A stretch of 63,714 nucleotides of DNA, filler included. It is 8 parts of 8 records of this genome, joined end to end, with 100 filler letters (N's around TTAATTAATTAA, not from the genome) between each part and the next. Parts side by side here need not be neighbours in the genome. Positions count along the whole stretch, not along the records: positions 32,828 to 36,220 come from SRR15195285_302; positions 36,321 to 50,567 come from SRR15195285_303; 6 more parts are not named here. One strand, given 5' to 3'. The notes under the pieces were generated by a model. That model did not search any database. It worked only from the letters and a program-made list of their open reading frames with translations, and was not told where the DNA came from. Below, piece by piece: positions 32,884 to 44,800 of the stretch; position 1 is the stretch's first letter, and the number at the start of each line of letters is the position of its first letter. The position numbers and the translations under genes were made by a program.

Positions 32884-35800
32884 GCCTAACATCCAGTGGT
32901 ATCATCAGAACGGCGTGGCAGGCATGTACGAAGAAGGTGATGGCTGGGGCTCTGGAGGGGAGCTGGATGCGCTCAAAGCATACAGTGCGTGAAAATACCA
33001 CACACACACGCACACACACAGACACATAGACACACAGAGATAGACACAGAGCAGACCCTCGCTGGGAATATTGCTGAGAGTTTTGCTTGCGCGCGTAGTG
33101 ATTGAGGAGATGCTGTGGGACCCGACGCAAGTGCCCGACGTACTAATCGCGGAGTTTCTAGATGCGTACTACGGAGAAGGCGCGGTCTTCGTCGAGCAGT
33201 ATATGCAGACGATGCATGCAGCACTGCTAGACGCAGCTCCATACAATCTGACCAATCGAGACGCGCCGACGGCGCCGTTCTTGACGCCGAGAGCGCTGCT
33301 CACGTCGATCGTGCTGCTTAAACAGGGCACAGCCGTGGTGTCGACCGACCCACGCCGTGAGCTCCGGATGCAGACGGCGCAGGTGGCGGTGTACTATCCA
33401 ATCTTGTTAAGGTGGACGGAGATGCGAGCGTTCGCCGCGAACAAAACAATCGCATGGCCGCTCGAGGAAACCGCTGACGAGGCACTGGCGACGTTTGCGC
33501 AGTGGTACAACGCATCCGGCATCACGAACCTGAAAGAGCCGGATCCGAACGATATCTTTGCTCGGACTGATCTGCAGTGGTTGACCAAGCAGGTGCACTG
33601 CAACTGCAGCTGGGATCTGCCATGCTGTCAGAAGCAGGCGTGCTGCGGCAGCTCACCGCCTCCGCCATCACCACCACCTCCGCCACCGCCTACACCCTCC
33701 CCGCCAACCCCAGCAGGCACGGTAACGATCAAACCGCTGGCTCCGCCGGTGATTGTCAACGCTACAGCCCGTAAGGTCGCGCCGAGTGGCATGGCGCACT
33801 TTGCCCAGACGCTTTATCGTTTTCCGGGCGGTCAGCTCTTCACGAACTTTCAGACGACCTGCGATGTCTGCGTGCCTCATCACACAGACTCGGGTCGGAG
33901 CTTCTACAGCTCGGATAATGGCTCGAGCTGGACTGAGATAGCTGCGATTGGTGACCCTGCTGATCCGTACACGAACGGTGCTCAAGTCTTCAAGAGTTGC
34001 GTGGCAGGCAACGACCCTTCGTGGAATTCGCTAACCTGCTTTGCCTACCCGCTGCACATCGCCGATCCACAAGACAACCGCACAGCCTCGCTGTTGATGT
34101 CCCGCTTTGAGGCATCAACCGATGGCAGCGTCCGCCAGGCGTCGGTGGCGAATGCGACTGTGAAGTGGCCATCGCCAGGCCTGATCCCTTTCGCGGCGAG
34201 TGCATCGCCCGGAAATTGGTTCATGGTCGCCGACTCTGTTCCTGTGCAGGCCAAGGGCGACAATAGCACATGGCTCATGCCGGTATATGGCGAGTGGAAA
34301 GAGTATCTATTGCCTCCCAATGCTACGCACCAGAACCTAAAGGAGACGAGCAACGTGCTGGCCCTCGTCAAGAATACTGACGCTAGTCTCACGAGGTGGG
34401 AGTTTTACAGCTGGGTCAACTCTGGGCAGCCTTGGCACTGTGCGCCCAGTCGCGGTGTCTACTGGCCGTTGACCCCACACGATCTGTGCAATCCTACGGA
34501 GTCTGCAATGTTGCGACTGTCGAACGGAAAGCTCTTGATCGTCTGGCGGAACGACCCAGGCTACAATGTCACCTTGATGGCGCAGATCAGTGAAGATGAC
34601 GGCCAGACTTGGTCTCTCGCTGCTCCCATGCACGGCAAGATCAAGGATGGCGACTTTGAAGACGTTGTGGGCGCCCCGTTCGGTGTCGAACCTAAGCTGC
34701 AGATGATGTCGTCTGGTGTGGTTGTCCTCTCGACTGGCCGGCCTCGGATGTACTTGTGGTCGCTGGCTCCTGGCGCAGACCCACTGACAGCGGTGTGGCA
34801 GCCATTCGATCAAGGCAAAATACACAACGCCGCTGTGGCATTGAGTGGCTCGCCAGCTGGCACACCAGAGGGCATCTTGCCATTTACGGACTCGTACTGG
34901 AAGATATGGCGAGGGTCAAGCGACCCTAACCTGCGGGCTACTGGATGCTGCACTGACGCTTACACAGGGATTGTGCCTATTCCGAACAGCAATGTGCTTG
35001 TCATGACGTACGATATGCTGGCGTTCAACTGCCCGAAGGGCGTCTATTCGCCAAACAACGTCTGCGATTTTATCGTGTCGATGAATCTCGAGGTGACCTT
35101 GGGGGTACCTTCGCCTTCGCCACCACCAGCGCCACCAGCGCCGGTACCACCTTCGCCTGCACCATCTCCGACGCTGCCGGTCACCATCACAAGCGTTGGT
35201 GCTCCAACTTTGATCCACGGGCAGAAGCACGTCCTGCAGGCTACAGGCATGGCCAAGTTTGCGCAGACGCTGTTCAAGTTCCCAGGCGGTCAGCTGTTTG
35301 CCAACTACCAAACAACCTGCGACGTCTGTGTGCCTCATCACACAGACCCAGGTCGTAGCTTAGCCTCAGCAAACAATGGCTCGAGCTGGACAGAAATCCC
35401 AGCCATCGGCAACCCCGCCGATCCGTCTACCAACGGTCAGCACGTCTGGAAGGATTGTGTGCCAGCGGGCGATGGCTCGAACGCACTCGTCTGTTTTGCG
35501 TACTATCTCAGTATCGCCGATCCGACAAACAATCGGACCGCCAATATGCTGATCACCAAGTTTGAGATCGGCTCAGACGGGACAGCGGCGCAGAAATTCG
35601 TGAAGAACGCAACAGTCGGAGGGTGGCCAGAACCGGGGCTCGTGCCTTTTGCCACCAAAGACTCGCCTGGCAACTACTACAGTGAGCCACCACCTCGCCT
35701 TTGGCAGCAGCATTCGTTCTTCTTGTGCTTTGTGCGAAAGCTCTGACCACGTTTGAATCTGCTACTGGCAGTGGTGCAAGACGGCGTGCCCATGGAAACC

Positions 35801-36124
35801 AAGGAGAAAGGGCAGTGGCTACTGCCTTTCTACGGCGAGTGGGAAGAGTTCGAGATCTGTACCGCCATCAACAACTGCAGCAACAGCACCCAGGGCAACG
35901 CGGTCGAGCCTGCGGGTGTGATCGCTCTTGTAAAGAACACCGACGCGTCGTTTACGGAGTGGGAGTTCTACAGCTGGGTCAACACAGGCGAGAACAACGG
36001 GCCTGGCCAGGGACCGCGCGATCCCATCACTGGGAAGGGTACTACGCACCTGACAGGCGGTTGCGCACCGTCCCGAGGGTCATACTGGCCAGCGGAGGAC
36101 ACGCATGACACGTGCAATCCCACG
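32884..36124 (+). CDS. Multidomain glycoside-hydrolase-like protein (partial at both ends): DUF4838-like C-terminal part + two tandem BNR/sialidase-like beta-propellers
   Basis: Exons 32884-32984, 33099-35681 and 35772-36124. NIQWYHQNGVAGMYEEG..GELDALKAYMIEEMLWDP..EFLDAYYG is DUF4838-like. Asp-boxes SSDNGSSW, SEDDGQTW and SANNGSSW, plus PTESAMLRLSNGKLLIVWR. Poly-Pro linkers separate the domains. Confidence 0.7.
32998..33050. repeat. (CA)n-rich microsatellite in an intron
   Basis: cacacacacacgcacacacacagacacatagacacacaga. Confidence 0.8.
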
Positions 36125-36194
36125 GTAAGTCAAGTCGGCTGCTGTTCAGCAATATTCTCGTCACTAGCCACTGTTCTGCGTATACATACCAGCG

Positions 36195-36220
36195 GCTGCT
36201 GCTGCTGCTGCTGCTGCTGC
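36195..36220. repeat. (CTG)n trinucleotide repeat at the contig end
   Basis: gctgctgctgctgctgctgctgctgc running into the spacer. Confidence 0.85.
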
Positions 36221-36320
36221 NNNNNNNNNNNNNNNNNNNNNNNNNNNNNNNNNNNNNNNNNNNNTTAATTAATTAANNNNNNNNNNNNNNNNNNNNNNNN
36301 NNNNNNNNNNNNNNNNNNNN
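36221..36320. other. Artificial contig-joining spacer
   Basis: N44-TTAATTAATTAA-N44. Confidence 0.98.
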
Positions 36321-36748
36321 GGACTCTCTCTTTTTGTGAGGCGGGAGGACTCGCGGGCGCGAGGTCTGCCGGGGCTAGGCCTTGTAAATACATCGTTCCC
36401 ACTTGTTTACAATATTGGTGCGCATGGTAGATCTACCGGTACTGTAGTACACCCACCCGTGCGCCCAGGTAGATCTAGTAGATATCCTGGTAGCCGGTGA
36501 GCAAGATTCAAGCATCAGCCTAAACCCACGTTCGTACGTTTTATTGGATCGATCTCGAAACGCTCATTTCAAGGGGCAGATCCAGACCTCGGCCATTTTG
36601 TGTGCGTGGGTGGGCAGGGAGCTCTGCACACAAGACGCCCTCAGATGACACGGTGTTGGGCTGGGCACGGGAGCTACTCAGCATGCCCCCAAAATGAACA
36701 GGAACGTGACTCAACATTTTTGCTTGCATTACACAATGACCCCCAATA

Positions 36749-38281
36749 CTATCTGCCCTTCGTGCGTGGCCCTGCGCTTTGCATGATCTCCACTGCCGCA
36801 GCTGGCCACTGTTCGCCATCCACCTCCACCCCAGTCGCTGGGCAGCGAGAGGCTTGGTTATCACTGTGATGCGATGCATTATCGTACCAGTTATGGTTCT
36901 GCCAGTCAGGGCCGATCCAAGGGTCATATGAACGGCAACCCATCAGCCACATTGGCACGTCCTGAACGACATTGGAGCTGATGTTCCAATTGGTCGAGCC
37001 GGTGTCTGTATAGAGGCCTCCGGGAGAGTGGCTTCCTTCTCCAAGACCGTCGTGGTCGAGCTTGGCTGTCTCAGTGTTGCCCGCGCTGTGGATGTGGTTG
37101 CGATGCATCACGCTCGGCGGCAGAATCGCGGTCTTGTTCTTGTACGGGTGATAGGGAGAGTGAAATGGTAGGTTGCCTTGAGCGCCAAGAGTGTATATAC
37201 CGCCGCCATCGCCGAGCACTTGCATATGCCGCCAGATGTGGTTGCCGATAATCGAGTTCTGACCACCAAACGTGTACGGGAATGCGCTCCAGCCCCAGCC
37301 CAAGCTAACACCGGAGTACGGCACCATCGAGATCGCATTGTGGATCAGTGTGGTGCGCCGGCTGAAGCCAACTAGTAGCGCGGGGTGGCCACGGTACTCT
37401 CTCGCGACGTGGGTGATCGTACAGTCAGCCACCGTGTTTGACGTGTCCTGTTGCGCCGGAGAGCTTCGATTGGTAGGATTCCCACGCGTCCCAATGGCAA
37501 CAGCGCTCGCGCTGATGTCTGCAAACGCGGAATGCCTGACCGTGTTGTTCTGGGAGCCTAGGCCGCTCAGGTCCGACGAGAATGAGAGTCCGTTGGAACC
37601 CAGGTGCTGGAATCTGCAGCCGTCGATCGTGATGCCACGCGCTGCATGAAATGCCACAGCCGCTGGCGTTTCTTCGAAAATCAGAGCAGCCGTGGCGGGG
37701 CTCACGCCACGTCCGTCCCCGGGATCCTGCGCGCAGCCTGACTCCTTGCCAACTGGGCACGCTAGGCAGAAGCCCGCCTGAATATCTACAAACCCGATAC
37801 TGCTGCTTGGCCTCATCCACGTCGCGTACTCAAACACGATGTTTGTGAAGCTCGCGTTGTGCACTCCTGTAGCGTTTACCAGCACCTCTACGGACGGCAG
37901 CACTCCCTCGACGTCCGCTGTTGCCTCCCCGGCGTGCGGGACATAGTAGACAAAACCCTCTACTGAATCGAGGAAGTACTCGCCCGGGTGACCATGCTCA
38001 GCAGACCCGAGCAGCTCGAAGACATTTTCAACAAACACCGGCACCCGCAGAGGCTGAGTTCCGTGGATCTTGTTGTTGCCGTTGGTCACGCAGGGTTTTG
38101 CCACCTCTACCTTCGTGGCATTCGCAGCGACGTAGTGAAGAGGTGGCGCGTGCACGACAGTGGAGGCAGTGGAGGTGTTCCCAAACGTGTCCCAATTGCC
38201 ACGGTTGGCTGTCTTGCAGTCCGCGTTGAGGTTTCCGATCGGTCGTGTGCACTCATACAGGTCACCACAGCAGCCAACTGC
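36749..38281 (-). CDS. Right-handed parallel beta-helix (pectin-lyase fold, GH141-like) protein; N-terminus missing, possible pseudogene
   Basis: ENVFELL..PGEYFLD, FEYATW.RPS, VPYSGVSLGWGW, LGDGGGIYTLG and GLYTDTGS. The frame stays open to ~38293 but has no ATG or signal peptide before it meets the inverted-repeat element. Confidence 0.7.
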   Translation of the reverse strand, partial: AVGCCGDLYECTRPIGNLNADCKTANRGNWDTFGNTSTASTVVHAPPLHYVAANATKVEVAKPCVTNGNNKIHGTQPLRVPVFVENVFELLGSAEHGHPGEYFLDSVEGFVYYVPHAGEATADVEGVLPSVEVLVNATGVHNASFTNIVFEYATWMRPSSSIGFVDIQAGFCLACPVGKESGCAQDPGDGRGVSPATAALIFEETPAAVAFHAARGITIDGCRFQHLGSNGLSFSSDLSGLGSQNNTVRHSAFADISASAVAIGTRGNPTNRSSPAQQDTSNTVADCTITHVAREYRGHPALLVGFSRRTTLIHNAISMVPYSGVSLGWGWSAFPYTFGGQNSIIGNHIWRHMQVLGDGGGIYTLGAQGNLPFHSPYHPYKNKTAILPPSVMHRNHIHSAGNTETAKLDHDGLGEGSHSPGGLYTDTGSTNWNISSNVVQDVPMWLMGCRSYDPWIGPDWQNHNWYDNASHHSDNQASRCPATGVEVDGEQWPAAAVEIMQSAGPRTKGR

Positions 38282-38300
38282 CTGCGTGCCGTACTAGTAA

Positions 38301-38582
38301 GGGCGTAAGGTCGGACCTTACCCTAAAAAAAGGGTAAGGTACGCAACCGACACAAGGTTTTTGAAGGTACAACAGGTACACATGAACAAAGCTCTTTTGT
38401 CTGGAGCTGGCGCCTGCCGCGAGAGCACGCGCATCGCCCCGGGATTGGAGCGGTCACGAGGACCACGCCCACAATATTGACCGGAGCCGTTGATTGATCT
38501 AAGGGTAAGGCGTACCGTACTAGTAAGGGCGTAAGGCAACCGACACAAGGTTTTTGCAGGGTAAGGTCCCGACCTTACGCCC
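38301..38582. mobile_element. MITE-like non-autonomous element (~282 bp) with ~24-bp terminal inverted repeats
   Basis: Left GGGCGTAAGGTCGGACCTTACCCT (38301-38324) and right AGGGTAAGGTCCCGACCTTACGCCC (38558-38582) are reverse complements apart from one extra C. There are internal direct repeats, the flanks are TAA and TAG, and there is no coding capacity. Confidence 0.6.
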
Positions 38583-38848
38583 TAGACTACTAGTATACAT
38601 ATATAGAATACAGAATTTGCTTTTCATCGAGTCCGGCGGCCCGCCTGCCTGGGTGCCGGCGCCTCCGCGGCGCTCGCGCGACGACGGCCCGCGCGACGAC
38701 GACGACGAGCACGCGGCAGCACACGCGCGCCACGCACCGCGCGCGGCACGCACCACCGCGGCGACGCGGAGGACGCGGACGCGGCGACGGAGCGTGTCGG
38801 ACACGACCTTAGTAGAGTGTCTGTTCGCTATATATCTGCGGCCACAGC

Positions 38849-41800
38849 ATGCCTCCTCCTGCCCCACCGCCGCCGCCCCTGCTGCCACCCCCGCCGCCGT
38901 CACATTCGACAGTTCCAGCAGGCGGTGGACCACCGCCACCACCGCCACCACCACCCACGCCGGCAACGCACGGGAAAGATCTGCCAGCCAGCGGACCACC
39001 CGCGCCGCCTCCACCGCCCGGGCCAGCTGGCGGACCACCCGCGCCGCCTCCACCGCCCGAGCCACCCCGCGGAGCTGCCTTGCAGCAGCACCATCAATTG
39101 CCGGCACCGCAACGAACACCTGAGCCTGTTCCAGATATGGTGGTGCCGAATGTGCTGCCTGCTCCCGCCCCTGCCACACTCCCGCCTCGGGCTGCGATTC
39201 TCTGCGCCAGCCCTGCCTGCAGCGCAGCAGGAGTGCGACAACGAGCTGCAGTGGAGAATGGCAGTGCCGCGCCGACGCCCAGGAGCGCATGTGCCTTTCT
39301 CGGGCTCCCTTGCTCAGCCGACTGCTGCAAAGGCACCTCCTGCAACGCTGCGGCGCGACTCCTCACCTGGGCGTGCGATGCAGTGCTTGCCGGGCCCAGT
39401 GCAGAATCCAGCTTTGGTGTCGGTGCACACGCTGCAGTGAGAGCCGCGTTGCAAGTGGTTGCAGACACCGCGCAGCGGGCCATTAGTGCGGCCGATGCGC
39501 TTGCGGACAATTCCGACGGTACAACGCTGGAGGATATCGCGAGCAAGTGGGTCGCCGAAGCTGCAGCGCTGCATGTGGGCGAGGGTGTTTTGTGCTGGCC
39601 TGTAGGATCAGCTACTGGAGCTGCAGTGTTCATGCTTGAAAGGGACTCCGACAGTTCTTTTGCTGTTACTTTCTTTGGAGGGGAAGGTGTAGAGTATCAT
39701 CCGCAGGTGAGCTGTTGAGTTTTCCTTTCGCGTGCAATGGTGGTCGGTGCTTCTTTGCTGTCAACTTTCCAACGCCGAACTCGTCCAGGTACATACGAAA
39801 CACTAACTACACGCATACAACTCATGCGCGATGGGATGCAGGCGAATGCAAGCGAAGGCTGTAAACTCAAGGCGGCACTCGCTTTGTGCTTCCCTCGGAT
39901 CCCATCGTCACTACTGCTTGAACCGGTGTTTGTTTTCACGTTAGTGCGCATAGCATACGTACAGGACACGACGTTGCACACGTACCGAGTTCTCTATGAG
40001 GTCATCCTCCCACACCTATTGCAGAGCCGGTGCTTTGCAGAGGCCTATGAGGAAGCACAGTGTGTGTTCGAGAGCATCCCGCTGCACTCAAGCCACACTT
40101 GGGAGCGCGTTCTGTGCCACACTGCATTTCGTCACATGTTGCGTCAGAACGGCATGACCCGAGGTGAGATTAAGGTGCTCTGGCTCAGGGTCAGAGAGGA
40201 GATCTATAAGTACTTTCATGCCGCTGGTGCCTCATCCGCGCACGCAAGATATGTGGCCACGGAAGCACGGCGGGGGATGTGCGCGGCAGCAGCACGTGCA
40301 CTAGGCAAGCAGCTGATAACGTTGCACGAAGCTACGGACGTAAATGCTCTGGCGGAGCTATTTTCTTTGGGTGAACCGTACACTCAGCAAGACTTCCTGG
40401 CTGATGACCATCGAACAGACCAGTCAGCTCAAGTGGCTCCTTCAGGTTCAGCAACGCGCTGTGGGAAATCGCAGAGCGATTTGCTTCGTATCATTGCCCA
40501 GAAGTTTCCGTTTGCAGTGCGCAACACTCCACGACTTGACTACGTGACAGAGATGCTTGCAAGTCAAGGTGCACTTAGTCTGCCAGAGGATGCTGCCGTT
40601 GATGCTGCTGGATCCTTACTTGTGCTCAGAAGAGTTGTCGATACCTGCGCCCAGATTCGGAGTCGAGGCTTAGATACTGCAGATGAGGATTTGTCCATCG
40701 TGCTTGATGCGTTTCAGATCATCGACTTGATCTTGAGTGTCTGCTGTGAGAAGCTACCGCCTCTCAGTGCTTTGGCAGATTTCAGCACCGTCCTCAGCCC
40801 CGAAGGCGCCCACGAGCTGCTACAGCTTTTGCTTAAAACCGCAGTACACCTGATAGCGGCAGGCAATACGGCACTGACAGTATCATATTACAAACAGAAC
40901 AAAGAAGTGGGAGCATCACTCGCTATCTCCTGTGGTCTACTCTTCGCTTGGGCTGATGCGGTGGTTCGTGGTAGTGAAATGACCACGGCGCAGCACCTGA
41001 GGTCTTTTTCGGGCAAAGTATGCCCGTTGAGTTTCGGCGGCAGCGATCTGGCTAAAGTTACAGCGCACCTTCACCTTACGCCACCACTGCTTGAACTGCG
41101 GCGCCATATTCTCACCTACTGGGAGGAGGTCGTGGAAGGAAACGACGCGACGTTGCTGTGGGACTGGCGTGGACTTGATAACTCTGTACATGTGACGACT
41201 CATGCGGCCGCTTCAATTCCTGCTGTGGATTTTGCTCTACGTTTTGCGCCCACAACCGACGACGAGACAGATGCTTTGCTTGCAGCGTCTACGCTGCTCG
41301 CCTCGGCGTGGGAGGGTGCTCCAGAGATGGCAGTCCTAAGAGACATGTCCGTGCTTGCGGCGTTCTCGCTTCATCAAGGAGACTGGCAAGGTAACCAGGC
41401 TTCCGGAAGCCACTGGATGGATCTGGAAGCCTGTACCCCTGCTTGGTCTCTCATCGAAACTGCAGGTGGAGTGCAACTTCGCCTAAGAATGCTAAGAAGC
41501 TACACAAGGAGCCTCCAGACCATTTCACCTACTTTTGTTTCAAAATATTCAACGTGGACATCAAGGACTCTTGTTGGTCGTAACTACGACGTGCGTGGTA
41601 GCGCGGTCGCAGACACACCAGACGGAACGCAGTACACCGGTATCGATCCACGTCAAGTAATTACAGAACAGTCACTCCTTCCTGGAACTCCGCCTGCGTT
41701 CGGGCAGCAACTCAGTGGAGAAGAAGCCGAGATGCTCATGAGCACACTTCTAGTGCCGTATTTACGCCTGCCAATTTTCTTGCGCTTCGTTTCTGACGGA

Positions 41801-44800
41801 CGGGCATCAGTGTTGGGAAACACAGCGTTCCGTTCGCTGTTTGTCGACGTTGTAGCTGAACCAGGGCCCTGGCTCACAAGGTCGATCAGACTTCCCACGA
41901 CTGTACCCGCCCATGTTAAAGTGCGGGCAGCTGAGAGCTTTGAACGTAAGGGGGGAGACGCAGAAGTAGTGCTGGGGACGAGCGAGGGATTTTTGGCCGA
42001 GGAGTTTCGACTGGATCCAGTAGGTGTGGCTTCGATGACGGCATCAATCGTCAACCAACTTGCTGAGCTGTTCTCTAGCGGCGAAGTTGACTTCTTCTAC
42101 CTGGAAGTAGCCAGCAGCGACAGCATGGACCCCGACTCTGCGATGGTGGAACCGAGCAGCATACAGGGTGGGTTACTATGTGGGCTGTCGCTGACAAGCA
42201 CGGTCGAGTGTTTGGCACGCAGGGCTGGGGCCGCAGAGGCCATTCAAATCTGCAACGCTGCAAGAGTTCGAGCAACGGAGTTGGTGGAGGGGAAGGTTGA
42301 AGCAGCCCTGATGCGGAATGACGGCACAGTCGATTTGGGTATCATTCAGATCGTAGCAAGTACGCTGTCTGCGTGGAGATGGGCATCGAACGATGAAATT
42401 TTTGCAAAGGCGGGTGTTCTCCTCGGTTGGGGCGCAATGGTCCGTGTCTGGCTGAGACAGGCGGTAGATACCGGCACTGAGGTAGCTGAAAAGGTGCTCG
42501 GAAACATCTGCTTGCATGGTTGGGCAGCCGCTGTGTCACATGTTGGCGAGCGCGTTAGCATTATGGTGCAGGCGACAAACAAGTGTAGACGTGATGCAGT
42601 TCTTAACGAAGCCGCGATGACGGCGCTTTGTGGAAACTGTCCAGATCTCGAGGGAAGTTGGGAACCTTGTGGCACTTGTCGGTGGACTGTGCGAGGGGTG
42701 CAAGTCAACACGCTAACTGCTACCGTGTGCGTTGATGGCCAGCAGTACTGTGCGATCCCCAGTGTAATCAAACGCCACTCGACATTTGCAGAGCTTTTTG
42801 GTGACTCTGCACCAACTGAGTGCACGATCCTCAACCATAGCAAAGAAGAGTTGGCGGTAAAAGTATGGAAAGAATCTTCCGAGTTTGTTGTTCAACTCTG
42901 TCCTCACTGTCAACCTGGTAGCGCAAAGAAACTGGAGGTGTGTGAGACTGGGGTCACATACGATGGAGATGTGTGGAACCCAGGCACACCTGTTGATGGC
43001 ATTGGCAAAATTTGCGCAAAACGCGAGAACATCAAAGAGGAGCTTCTCACTTGGTTTGAGCCTGCGTGCCAAGCTGGCCAGCTCCAGGGACATGAGCGGC
43101 GATTGATCAAGGCTGATGGCAAGTGGCTGATCGTTCGAATATCGTCTGCAGACCTTTACACGATTTATGAGCTGCATGAGTGGTGCGATGAACTTCATGA
43201 AGTCCCTGTGTTTACTTCAAATGACCGCTGGTGTACGTCATCTCTTCCGGTGCCCCTTGCAGGAACGTCTATGGACCGGTTTCCAGTCGGCAAGCACTAT
43301 GAATATCCGTGTGAACTCAGTCGCTCCGCTGCGGTTGCAGATCTGTGCCCAAGCGAAAATGTTGATCTAGCCGTATTTCGTAGGCAAGGGGATTCTTGGG
43401 ATCGCTTTGTTCCTCGCTGGAAGCTTGCAGGCCAGCTCCCTGCAGCCTTAGTCGCGGCCTATCGGTTCTGGCTGGTGGATGGAAAACACGAGCTGCGTGG
43501 TGAAGGGCTTGCGTCCACAGCAGCTGTGGAAGTAAACTTACAGAGTGGGGAGGTTAGCCGTACACTGGGAAGCTCTACGGTGCATCTATTGTGTATCGCC
43601 GATGCTGAGGAAGGGACACCGTGGGATCGACTTGCCCAGACACTGATGCTCGCAGAGTCGCTCGGCCAAGTGCTTGTGTGGGGAGAGCGCAACTCTGAAG
43701 AGGAGCTGCTGCCTGTTCTTGTGGAACTGCCACGGCTGAGGACCGAGCTTCGACCGCGGACAGATCAGGAGGGGTGCACACGTCTATATCTTAAGGAAGA
43801 CCCCGCGCTTTTTCTCGCTGGTGTTGCCTGGGGGTGCAAACAACACCCTGACTGGCCAAAGCGGCACCTTCCCTGGCAACTTTCTCTGTCTGATGGGAAA
43901 ACTAGAACTGTGTTGCTAGTTCCCAATGTGCGTCCTTGTCCCCGTGGTGAACATCCCGCCACACGCTCACTGGACTTTGATGACGGTGGTAAAGCGCGTT
44001 CGCGGGCAGTGGTGAGACATTATTATCTGTACTCTGTTGCGCACGCCGAAATTGTCGCACCTGGGCGGGCTGCTGCGCTTTACCTGTTTGTGCTTCGGCT
44101 ACACCAGCGACAATATGAGGTGGCGGCCGGCTTGATCGATCAGTTTGCTTCCACTACGCCTTGCTCGACCTCCCATTCAGAGGAGGAATGGGTGACGTCG
44201 CTTGTGGGAACTACTATGATAGATACGAGTCCTAGCGCAGCAGCTTGTCGGTTGTCGTTATTCGAGATTCTGCCACAGAGTGGCACTGCCAGCAGCTGGA
44301 ACGTGGTCGATGACGCGTGGCGCTACTTGCAGGGTCACCTGCGAGTCCCCTGCCAGTGCTTGCTGGATGCCGATGCTGAGCGGACTGCTTTAGAAGCTAT
44401 AGCCGGCCGACCGCGTCCAAAACATGGCCTGCACCGTCGATTCCCGACGCCGGGCCACGAGGAACCGCCCGAGCCGATAGGGCGGGCACTGCACTTGGTG
44501 CGAACTCGAATTGGTGTGCTATCTGGCATACCAGAACATGCGCTATCACCTCCGGTACCGTGGAGTGCAGGAGGTGGGTGGCGGAGGCTGCAGGCCGGCC
44601 TTGCTAAGTCGCTGCGCGACTGTTTGGAGGATTTTACGACAGATGGAGACTGCTGGCAGGATAAGCTTGCTGCACCAGCCGTCGCTGCAGCACAGGATGG
44701 ACCAAGTCTCTGCAAACTTTACGACGCTATATTAACTGCTGGACCTTCAGCTGGTGCGCCAACAGCGTTACTCACGTTGTGTGCTGCACGAAGTGGAGAT

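Noticed and set aside
38289-38595. CRISPR-like repeats
   Set aside because: Only two copies of each direct repeat, no regular spacers, no cas genes and a eukaryotic context.
39560-40160. Possible degenerate cysteine-protease-like domain at the N-terminus of the giant protein
   Set aside because: Only a vague resemblance (GEGVEYHP, LYEVILPHL), with no identifiable catalytic Cys/His. It would need a profile search.
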